The notes under the pieces: model-generated
Told to the model about the DNA's origin: nothing
Databases searched by the model: none
Seen by the model: only the letters and a program-made list of their open reading frames with translations
Made by a program: the position numbers and the translations under genes
From: an uncultured Bacteroides sp.
GTDB taxonomy: Bacteria > Bacteroidota > Bacteroidia > Bacteroidales > GCA-2748055
Assembly (NCBI GenBank): GCA_964458155.1
Contig: CAYWGP010000171.1
Coordinates: 11,073-75,072, forward strand
Reading direction: 5' to 3'
DNA: 64,000 nt
Shown here: in pieces, positions 49,336 to 56,798 of the stretch
How positions within the stretch are numbered: position 1 is the first letter of the stretch
Layout: each line of letters opens with the position of its first letter

Positions 49336-49745
49336 TTTTCAGGGTGTTCAGTTAGACGGGTAAAATAGTGATTATTAAATATTAAACACCTAATATCAAG
49401 GATATTGGGCGCAATTTATATCTAATCTGAATATAGATCAACTCCCTATTCGTGTTCTTCGTGGTAGCCGTTGATCATACTCATAAATAGAGTTCCAGAT
49501 TTGTCATCCAAAGTACAGGTATATTCTATTTTTTCCCATGTCAGCTTTTTTTTGTTTTCGAATACGCAAAAAGGAATGGAAGGCGATTACCAGCAGGGTT
49601 CCTCCAAATACAAGCAGACTGAGCCGGTTAAGCCACACGTTGTGATTTTCTTGAGCTTAAGAGTTTCATCCTGCTGGGCAGAGAGGGTGCTTGCAAGGGT
49701 CAGCAGGAGATTTATCAGCAAACCTGTTTGGGTGTTTCATTAATC

Positions 49746-50579
49746 TTAGAACCTGATTGTGATGTTAAAACCAAAGCGGAAATCACCATCCCAGGGATCA
49801 TTGCTGTTAAATGCAATACTCTGATTCCTCACAATGTAGTCGTAGGTGGATGCGAAAACCCTGAATGAGTGGGTGCTGGTTCCGATCTCCACACCAAAGG
49901 CCAGGTTTGGATATACATCTGTATCAGCATCAATCAGAGGCTGCTCATATTCAAGTATGATGGAAGAAAAGCCCAGTACCTGAAAACGCGCTCCTGCATT
50001 GATGGAAGCATTTATATTGTTATATCCTTCCGGCACCGCGTTGAACCATACAAAAGTAGGTAATACCTGTAAACTGATCTTTTCTCCGACCCTGCTGGAT
50101 ATAATCAGCTCATTGAGATAGGACATGCGGTAGGCAAACTTGTAATCCTCTTCAGGTCCGAAGTATTTCTGGTCACGTGCATCCAGGACTGCATTACCAT
50201 GGTAGGACAGGGAAATAGGCAAGCTACTGTTCTGGGTCAGAATGGCATATTTCCACTCCAGGTCCTGAAGCATGTCTTTCCGGGTGGTACCAAAACCCAC
50301 CATAAGCTTGTCGGTAATTCCGTAGCTGATTCCAATCCGGGTATTGGCACTTCCATAGATCCCGTACAGGTCGTTAATCTCTTCGATCTGGGAGAAACGG
50401 TGCTGGATTTCCAGCATGAATTGTCCCTTGTAAGGGCTTGCAGTGGTCTGGGCATCTACCAGAGTCAGTGTCTCAAAAGCCGGCATTACCGGAGTGGGCT
50501 CATCCTGGGCAAATAAAAGCCCTGAGCTTAAGAATGCAATAATACAGGTAGTGGCGCTTAGTTTTGTATATCGTCTCAT
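49746..50579 (-). CDS. Small outer-membrane beta-barrel protein (DUF5777-like as I recall the family)
   Basis: 277 aa with signal peptide LLFAQDE, alternating amphipathic strands, and C-terminal ...GFNITIRF ending in Phe. Confidence 0.7.
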   Translation of the reverse strand: MRRYTKLSATTCIIAFLSSGLLFAQDEPTPVMPAFETLTLVDAQTTASPYKGQFMLEIQHRFSQIEEINDLYGIYGSANTRIGISYGITDKLMVGFGTTRKDMLQDLEWKYAILTQNSSLPISLSYHGNAVLDARDQKYFGPEEDYKFAYRMSYLNELIISSRVGEKISLQVLPTFVWFNAVPEGYNNINASINAGARFQVLGFSSIILEYEQPLIDADTDVYPNLAFGVEIGTSTHSFRVFASTYDYIVRNQSIAFNSNDPWDGDFRFGFNITIRF

Positions 50580-50599
50580 AGCTATTGGTTATTTTAATA

Positions 50600-50959
50600 T
50601 CAGTTGTCCTCGGCTCCTTCGTCGATCCAGCCAAGGATTGTTAATAAGTCATCTTCAGTTACCCGGTCGGCATGGGAGCCGGTTAGAATTTCATACAGAT
50701 AGCTGGAGCAGGGAAAATCAACGTCCACATAATCACCATCTATCAATTCATCGTATGACCAGTCAGGACTCAGGTCGGGATTCTGACCTCCGCTGTGACA
50801 GCTTACGCAATTCTGATCAAATATGGGCTGAACATCGTTGGCATAACTTACGCCGGTTGGCAGATCGTCCGGACAGGGCGGTTCCGGGATCTCATATTGC
50901 GTACAGGATGACAGAATCATCAGCACAGATCCTGTCAGTATCAACATCATTCTTCTCAT
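50600..50959 (-). CDS. Monohaem cytochrome-c-like lipoprotein
   Basis: 119 aa with lipobox MILSSC and a single CVSCH in a VQPIFDQNCVSCHSGG context, similar to planctomycete-type cytochrome c domains. Confidence 0.75.
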   Translation of the reverse strand: MRRMMLILTGSVLMILSSCTQYEIPEPPCPDDLPTGVSYANDVQPIFDQNCVSCHSGGQNPDLSPDWSYDELIDGDYVDVDFPCSSYLYEILTGSHADRVTEDDLLTILGWIDEGAEDN

Positions 50960-51087
50960 ATCAATACATTTTATGTTTTCAGCTGAATTTTTGCTGTTGT
51001 TGAGTGCGAAAGATAAGTGTTCTGGCAGATTGTAAGAAAAAATATCAATGAAGATAGAATAAGTTTTTTATGGGGATAGATCATCTA

Positions 51088-51111
51088 ATTGACTGACATA
51101 TATCAGTCAAT
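51088..51111. promoter_or_regulatory. 24-bp near-perfect palindrome with core CTGAC-ATAT-ATCAG in a divergent promoter region
   Basis: In ATTGACTGACAT|ATATCAGTCAAT, 11 of 12 positions pair. It lies between the cytochrome operon (start 50959, minus strand) and the second FNR-like regulator (51158, plus strand). Confidence 0.6.
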
Positions 51112-51157
51112 AATTTTCTTTATATTGTATCGATCATGAAAAGGAGAAGAAAGGAGC

Positions 51158-51853
51158 ATGAAAACTGATAAAAATTGTATAGGATGCGATGAGTGTAACA
51201 GCAGGTCTCCCTTGTTTGCTTCGCTGACTTCTGAAGAGCTGAAATTGTTGAACGCAGATCGCTATTCCGTTCGCTTTCATAAAGGTGAAACCATAATCAA
51301 ACAGGGAACCCGGGCGGAGAATCTGGTCTCCCTGATCGAAGGGCTTGTAAAAATTTTTGTGGAAGGTGATTATAACAAGAACCTGGTGCTGGATTTTATC
51401 AAACCACCCAGGTTGGTGGGAGGTCCGGGAGCACAACTGGAAGGAAAGCACAGGTACACCATTGTGGCCATCAGAGAGACCCTGGTATGCTTTCTTGACC
51501 TGGGCAACTTTAAGAAAGTTCTGGCCTCCAATAGCACATTCTCCGAACAGTTTCTGATTCACTGCTCCAGGAATTATCTTTCCACCCTGGACCGTATGGT
51601 TGCTGTCACCCAGAAGCAGATGCATGGCAGAATGGCCGATGCCTTGATCTACCTTAGCAAGGAACTTTATGAAGATCAGGTCATTGGTGAAGAAATAAGC
51701 AGAATGGATATGGCAGAGTACACCTGTATGTCGAAAGACAGCGCGATTCGTGTGCTTAAAGAGTTTGAAAGGGATCATATAGTCAGCCTTCATGGGAAAC
51801 AGATCGAGGTCCTGGACTCCGAAAGGCTCCATGAAATAGCTGACAAAGGTTAA
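51158..51853 (+). CDS. Crp/Fnr-family transcriptional regulator with an N-terminal CxxCxxC cluster (FNR-like)
   Basis: 231 aa. It starts MKTDKNCIGCDECNS, followed by a cNMP-binding-like fold and an HTH (SRMDMAEYTCMSKDSAIRVLKEF). Confidence 0.88.
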   Translation: MKTDKNCIGCDECNSRSPLFASLTSEELKLLNADRYSVRFHKGETIIKQGTRAENLVSLIEGLVKIFVEGDYNKNLVLDFIKPPRLVGGPGAQLEGKHRYTIVAIRETLVCFLDLGNFKKVLASNSTFSEQFLIHCSRNYLSTLDRMVAVTQKQMHGRMADALIYLSKELYEDQVIGEEISRMDMAEYTCMSKDSAIRVLKEFERDHIVSLHGKQIEVLDSERLHEIADKG

Positions 51854-53424
51854 TCCACTCTTTTTAATTCGAGATCCTGAAAGTCGTAAGAGAAGTCAAT
51901 ATCCGGTGAAATCCCTTTCATCCGGATCCCCTGTGCTATGCCTTCTTCATCGAGATTGAAAATGGCAAAAGCATCGGCATCCAGTGCACGATTCTTCCAT
52001 TTGATGGCAAATGCATTGGCTTTATAGAAATACATGGGTCCCGTAAGTGCCGGAGAACGCAGGGAAGAGAACCAGAGTTGCTTATCCTGCAGATAGACCC
52101 TGATCTTTCCGAACCAGGGATCCTCGTAAATACCGGTATAGTTATCCGGGTTGATATGCTCATCACTGGAGGATTCGACCGTCTGCCACACGCGATCCAC
52201 TTCGGCTCTGGCATTGCCTGATCTGGCCAGGTAGGAGGCCAGGTAGCGTTCGGTCCATTCATTGTCGTCCAATCCCAGATAGCTATCCACAATGGTCTGT
52301 GATACCGCCTGGAACAAGCCTCCTCCACCGTAATAGGAATTGGTCAGTACCACCACACCCAGCTCCAGGTCGGGGATCATGATGGTCTTGGAAAGCATTC
52401 CCGAAAGGTCGCCCGAGTGGGAAACGCTCATTTTTCCATTCATATCACTCAGGCGCCATCCCAGTCCGTATCCTGAAAAATGCGGCTTGTACCTGTTGTC
52501 GGGCCTTACCGGGATGGTAGTGTGGATACTCCACATTTCGCGCTGACTGGCTGCAGAGAAGAGTTGCTTCTCAAGGTTTTCTCCATATTTGCCCCCGTTG
52601 AGGTGGACCAGCATCCAACGGCAAAGGTCGTCCACATTGGATAGGACACCCCCTGCTGCTCCGTTAATTTTGTTTGGATCCAGTTCATAGTAGGGAATAA
52701 TTCTCAGCTTCCCATTCTCTGCCAGGTGAGGGGAAGCGAGATTATCAGATTTGACCATGCCTGGAGGAAGTGTGTAAGAATTATCCATATGCAATGGCTC
52801 CATGATTCTGGAACGAACAAATACTTCCCAGGGCATTCCACTTACACGTTTAATTAGCTCACCTGCTACCAGGTAGAGTATATTGTCGTAGTCGTATTTG
52901 GTACGGAAGGCTGAGACGGGTTCAAAGTGCTGGAAATTCACAAGCATATCAGCGATCGTAAAATCTGAACCGGATGGCCATTTCTGCAGGTCACCGGCTC
53001 CAAGTCCCAATCCGCTTCGGTGTGTCAGCAAATCCTGGATATTGAAATTCTGGGTCACATAATCATTATACATCTTAAACTCCGGAATATGGTCAATGAC
53101 CCGGTCCTTCCAGGACAAGAGCCCTTCTTCCACCAGGATGGCAAGCGCAGCTGCTGTAAATGCCTTGCTGTTGGATGCGATGGCAAAGGAGGTATGCTCA
53201 TCCACCTTCTCACCTGTCTCCACGGATTTAAGGCCATAACCTCTGGCATGGATGATTTTACCATCTTTTACTACTCCGACGGCTACCCCGGCCACGGTGA
53301 ATTTCTCCATGGCATCTTCAACAAGTTGATCTATTTCCCTGGAACTAAGTTGTCCCAATACGGGGATGACCAGGATAAATGTCACCAGAAGGGTGAAGAG
53401 CGCTTTAAGCCTTCCTGTTTTCAT
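51850..53424 (-). CDS. Serine hydrolase of the beta-lactamase / PBP family
   Basis: 524 aa with a signal peptide, an SxxK motif (ASNSKAF) and a C-terminal extra beta domain. Confidence 0.85.
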   Translation of the reverse strand: MKTGRLKALFTLLVTFILVIPVLGQLSSREIDQLVEDAMEKFTVAGVAVGVVKDGKIIHARGYGLKSVETGEKVDEHTSFAIASNSKAFTAAALAILVEEGLLSWKDRVIDHIPEFKMYNDYVTQNFNIQDLLTHRSGLGLGAGDLQKWPSGSDFTIADMLVNFQHFEPVSAFRTKYDYDNILYLVAGELIKRVSGMPWEVFVRSRIMEPLHMDNSYTLPPGMVKSDNLASPHLAENGKLRIIPYYELDPNKINGAAGGVLSNVDDLCRWMLVHLNGGKYGENLEKQLFSAASQREMWSIHTTIPVRPDNRYKPHFSGYGLGWRLSDMNGKMSVSHSGDLSGMLSKTIMIPDLELGVVVLTNSYYGGGGLFQAVSQTIVDSYLGLDDNEWTERYLASYLARSGNARAEVDRVWQTVESSSDEHINPDNYTGIYEDPWFGKIRVYLQDKQLWFSSLRSPALTGPMYFYKANAFAIKWKNRALDADAFAIFNLDEEGIAQGIRMKGISPDIDFSYDFQDLELKRVD

Positions 53425-53563
53425 ATGCTTGTTTATTTAAGGTATCCAAAGATAGAATCTTATGCAGTAGATTTAAAGTTTTACGCAATAGAAAAGGCAT
53501 AAGCATAGTATGAGCCTTAATTCAAAAGCAATTCAGGCTGGGTAATAAATCATATCTTTGAGT

Positions 53564-54778
53564 ATGACCGAAACCGGGGAAAGGGGCAGGGCCATTACAC
53601 TGGTGACACTTATTGTTGCCGGAGAATCGATTTTTTTTCTCCCTTTTGTACTGGCACGTGTATTTCGACCAACCCTTCTTGATGTCTTTCAAATCTCCAA
53701 TACGGAACTTGGATTGTGGTTCGCTGTTTATGGAGTGGTGGCCATGATCTCCTATCTCTTTGGCGGAATCCTGGCCGACCGCTTTCCGGCTCGTAATCTG
53801 ATGGCAAGTGCTCTCGGGCTGACTTCGGCAGGTGGGGTTCTAATGGCCATGATACCTCCCGACAAGGCTATGCTTGTACTATATGGATTCTGGGGGTTTA
53901 CCACCATCTGCCTGTTCTGGGCGGCCATGATCAGGGCCACCAGGGAATGGGGAGGAAGAGATTTTCAGGGAAGAGCATTTGGATGGCTGGAAGGAGGCCG
54001 GGGAGCAGCTGCAGCACTGCTGGCTACACTAGCCTTTCTGTTATTTAGGCGTGAAGGGAATTTCCAGGCGGTAATTCTGGCCACTTCCCTGTTTACCTTT
54101 CTCACCGGCATTCTGGTCTGGTTCTTTATACCAAAGAGCCTGCCTGGAAGCAGGGATACTGCTTTTTCTGAAACGATCCATGGAGTCCTTAAGCTTCTTA
54201 AAATGGGCAACACCTGGTTGCTGGCACTTATTATCATTTGTGCCTACTCGGGGTATAAGATTACGGACGATTTTTCACTCTATGCCCGGGAGGTGCTGGG
54301 CTTTTCTGAGACAGGTGCTGCCGGAATTGGAACCGCGGCGCTCTGGCTTCGTGCACTGGTGGCCATTGTGGCAGGCTTCATGGCCGACCGGTACAGCAGA
54401 ACCGATGTCATCACGGCGAGTTTTGGTCTCACTGTAATTGGCGGTCTGCTTATTGGTTTAGAGATCTTTAAGGGAATTAGCATTTTGCTGCTAATGAATC
54501 TGGCCTTTACTGCCGTGGGGATTTATGGTGTCAGGGCACTTTATTTTGCTGTGCTTAAAGAAGCGGGATTCCCCATCGCACTTACCGGAACTGCTGTGGG
54601 CATCATATCATTTGCGGGTTTTGCCCCTGAAATATTCATGGGCCCTGTGATGGGTCACCTGCTGGATTCCTTTCCGGGAGTCAGGGGGCACTCCTATGTA
54701 TTCATCTTGCTGTCGGCTGTTGCCATGCTTGGTCTCCTGGCTGCTTTATTGTTTCGCCGCCGGGCCCGGCCCTCATAA
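53564..54778 (+). CDS. MFS transporter
   Basis: About 12 TM helices and an MFS loop motif (GGILADRFPARN). ATG at 53564 is preferred over the TTG at 53558. Confidence 0.85.
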   Translation: MTETGERGRAITLVTLIVAGESIFFLPFVLARVFRPTLLDVFQISNTELGLWFAVYGVVAMISYLFGGILADRFPARNLMASALGLTSAGGVLMAMIPPDKAMLVLYGFWGFTTICLFWAAMIRATREWGGRDFQGRAFGWLEGGRGAAAALLATLAFLLFRREGNFQAVILATSLFTFLTGILVWFFIPKSLPGSRDTAFSETIHGVLKLLKMGNTWLLALIIICAYSGYKITDDFSLYAREVLGFSETGAAGIGTAALWLRALVAIVAGFMADRYSRTDVITASFGLTVIGGLLIGLEIFKGISILLLMNLAFTAVGIYGVRALYFAVLKEAGFPIALTGTAVGIISFAGFAPEIFMGPVMGHLLDSFPGVRGHSYVFILLSAVAMLGLLAALLFRRRARPS

Positions 54779-54784
54779 ACTGGA

Positions 54785-55273
54785 TTACAGATCCATCAAC
54801 ATCCAGATGTTGCATGTTGTATGTCCTGAGTTTCCCAAAGGACCTGGTAAATGACGGAATCCCAGTTTTTCATAAATACCTACCGCTTTTGAAAAATGGG
54901 GCATGCTCTCCAGGTATAGTTTCTGGTAAGCCAGTTCCCGGGCCGAATGAATGCATATTTCCATCAGCTTTCGGCCGGTTCCCCTTCCCCTCCCCGAAGC
55001 AGCCAGGTAATATTTTACCAGCTCAACGGAGTTGGTTTCCAGTCCCCCGGTGGGATAGATTCCGCAACATCCTATGGGTTCACCATCTGCTTCTGCCACC
55101 CATAATACAGATCCGGGATGTCGGAACAGGCCAAAGAGATCGTCCGTGGTTGGATCCGAGAATACTGTTCCTGACTCGGGAGCATTATGTTCCTTAAAAA
55201 CCTGCCTGATCATCAAGGCCAGAGGGACATTGTCTTCTTCCTTTACTTTTCTGAAATTTAGCTCCGATTGCAT
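54785..55273 (-). CDS. GNAT-family N-acetyltransferase
   Basis: 162 aa with an acetyl-CoA-binding motif (RGRGTGRKLM). Confidence 0.85.
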   Translation of the reverse strand: MQSELNFRKVKEEDNVPLALMIRQVFKEHNAPESGTVFSDPTTDDLFGLFRHPGSVLWVAEADGEPIGCCGIYPTGGLETNSVELVKYYLAASGRGRGTGRKLMEICIHSARELAYQKLYLESMPHFSKAVGIYEKLGFRHLPGPLGNSGHTTCNIWMLMDL

Positions 55274-55329
55274 GGCTCTAAAAATAGCATTTCTGATTCA
55301 AATTCATTTACTTACGATTAAAAAGCATC

Positions 55330-56766
55330 ATGAAAGCTATTCCACTGTTACTCGTTCCTTTTTTTATGGCAGCCTGTAGCCTGCCTAAGACTGATAGAAG
55401 TGACAATGACGATTCTGATCCGCGTGCCAGGGAGATCTACGATCAGTATTGTTCCAATTGTCATGGCAAAGATCTTCGTGGGGGTAATGCCCAGAGTCTG
55501 CTGGACGGCGTATGGCAATTTGGAGATGGAACCGGGTATGTAAGCAGGAACATAAAATATGGCATCCCTCATCTTGGTATGCCTTCTTATGAAAACTCTC
55601 TGGATAACGAGGAAATCAGAGCGCTGGTTGACTATCTGTACAGGGAACAGGAGCTTGCCGGGGTTGAGAAACCGGATCCGCCTGCACTTCTTGAAAGCAT
55701 AGATTATAGCATTGGATGTGAAATCTGGGTGGACAATCTTGATATTCCCTGGGCCCTTGTTTTTCTAAACAAGGATACAGCACTGTTTACTGAAAGGCCC
55801 GGGAAACTGAGAATGTTAGTGAAGGGGGAGCTGATCCATGATCCGGTGAATGGCATCCCAGAGGTCCTGGCAGAGGGGCAGGGAGGGTTGATGGATGTGA
55901 ATATTGATCCGGCTTACAGGGAGAATGGATGGATCTATCTCTCGTACAGTCACCAGATTGAACCGGCACAGGGAGAAGAGAGAACCCCGTCTATGACCCG
56001 CATCGTAAGGGGCAGGGTCCGGGATATGGAATGGCTTGATGAACAGCTGGTCTATGAAGCACCGCCCGAATCATACAGGACAACCAGGCACCATTATGGA
56101 AACCGGATTGTTTTTGACCGGAAAGGTTACCTGTATTTTAGTATTGGCGATCGGGGAGCACAGGATCAGGCCCAGGATGCAACAAAGCCAAATGGCAAGA
56201 TTCACAGGATCTACCCCGACGGGAGCATTCCTGATGATAATCCATTCATAAACAATGGTCTACCTACCTTATATACATTGGGAAACAGGAATCCACAGGG
56301 CATTTCAGTTCATCCTTTCAGCGATGAGGTCTGGGCAGCGGAGCATGGGCCGCTGGGGGGGGACGAATTGAATCTGATTGGCTCAGGGATTAATTACGGA
56401 TGGCCGCTTATTACCTATGGCAGCAACTACGATGGTGTCCCTGTTTCAGAGTTCACCCGAATGGAAGGATATGCCCAGCCGGCACTTTACTGGAAACCAT
56501 CTATTGCAGTTTGCGGGATTGAATTCTACCAGGGTGAAGCATTTCCCCTGTGGAAGAATAAATTACTGGTGGGTGCCCTGAAGTATGAAGAGGTCAGGTT
56601 GCTTGATATTGAAGCTGACAGGGTCCTTCACCAGGAGATTATCTTCAAGAATTATGGAAGAGTCAGGGATATCGGCCTGGATCCGGAAGGGAACATTTAT
56701 GTGGTAGTGAATAAGCCTGACCGGATCATTAGATTAACACCACAGGGTGAGCGGACAGGACAGTAA
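55330..56766 (+). CDS. Cytochrome c domain fused to a PQQ-dependent sugar dehydrogenase (sorbosone dehydrogenase-like beta-propeller)
   Basis: Lipobox FFMAAC, one CSNCH motif, then a propeller region (GGLMDV, HHYGNRIVF, GDRG, GNRNPQG, NYGWP). Confidence 0.85.
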   Translation: MKAIPLLLVPFFMAACSLPKTDRSDNDDSDPRAREIYDQYCSNCHGKDLRGGNAQSLLDGVWQFGDGTGYVSRNIKYGIPHLGMPSYENSLDNEEIRALVDYLYREQELAGVEKPDPPALLESIDYSIGCEIWVDNLDIPWALVFLNKDTALFTERPGKLRMLVKGELIHDPVNGIPEVLAEGQGGLMDVNIDPAYRENGWIYLSYSHQIEPAQGEERTPSMTRIVRGRVRDMEWLDEQLVYEAPPESYRTTRHHYGNRIVFDRKGYLYFSIGDRGAQDQAQDATKPNGKIHRIYPDGSIPDDNPFINNGLPTLYTLGNRNPQGISVHPFSDEVWAAEHGPLGGDELNLIGSGINYGWPLITYGSNYDGVPVSEFTRMEGYAQPALYWKPSIAVCGIEFYQGEAFPLWKNKLLVGALKYEEVRLLDIEADRVLHQEIIFKNYGRVRDIGLDPEGNIYVVVNKPDRIIRLTPQGERTGQ

Positions 56767-56798
56767 TTCCATAAAACAGTCAATTAAAATCAGGTACC

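Noticed and set aside
49471-49743. 90-aa plus-strand ORF in the gap of the cytochrome operon
   Set aside because: It lies on the wrong strand for the operon, has odd composition, and no start context or motif. The minus strand shows more protein-like segments, as described in the findings.
49746-50579. The beta-barrel considered as an MtrB/PioB-type porin of a porin-cytochrome conduit
   Set aside because: At 277 aa it is far too small for a 20-26-strand sheath, so it cannot be equated with known conduits. I keep it as an open question in the findings.
51134-51832. 232-aa minus-strand ORF covering the second Crp/Fnr gene
   Set aside because: The plus-strand product has a clear cNMP-binding fold plus HTH. 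The minus-strand translation has no recognisable features.
38401-51900. The cytochrome island considered as a mobile genetic element or genomic island
   Set aside because: I found no integrase, transposase, tRNA attachment site or flanking direct repeats. Base composition does not look different by eye, although this was not computed. Horizontal origin cannot be excluded without comparative data.
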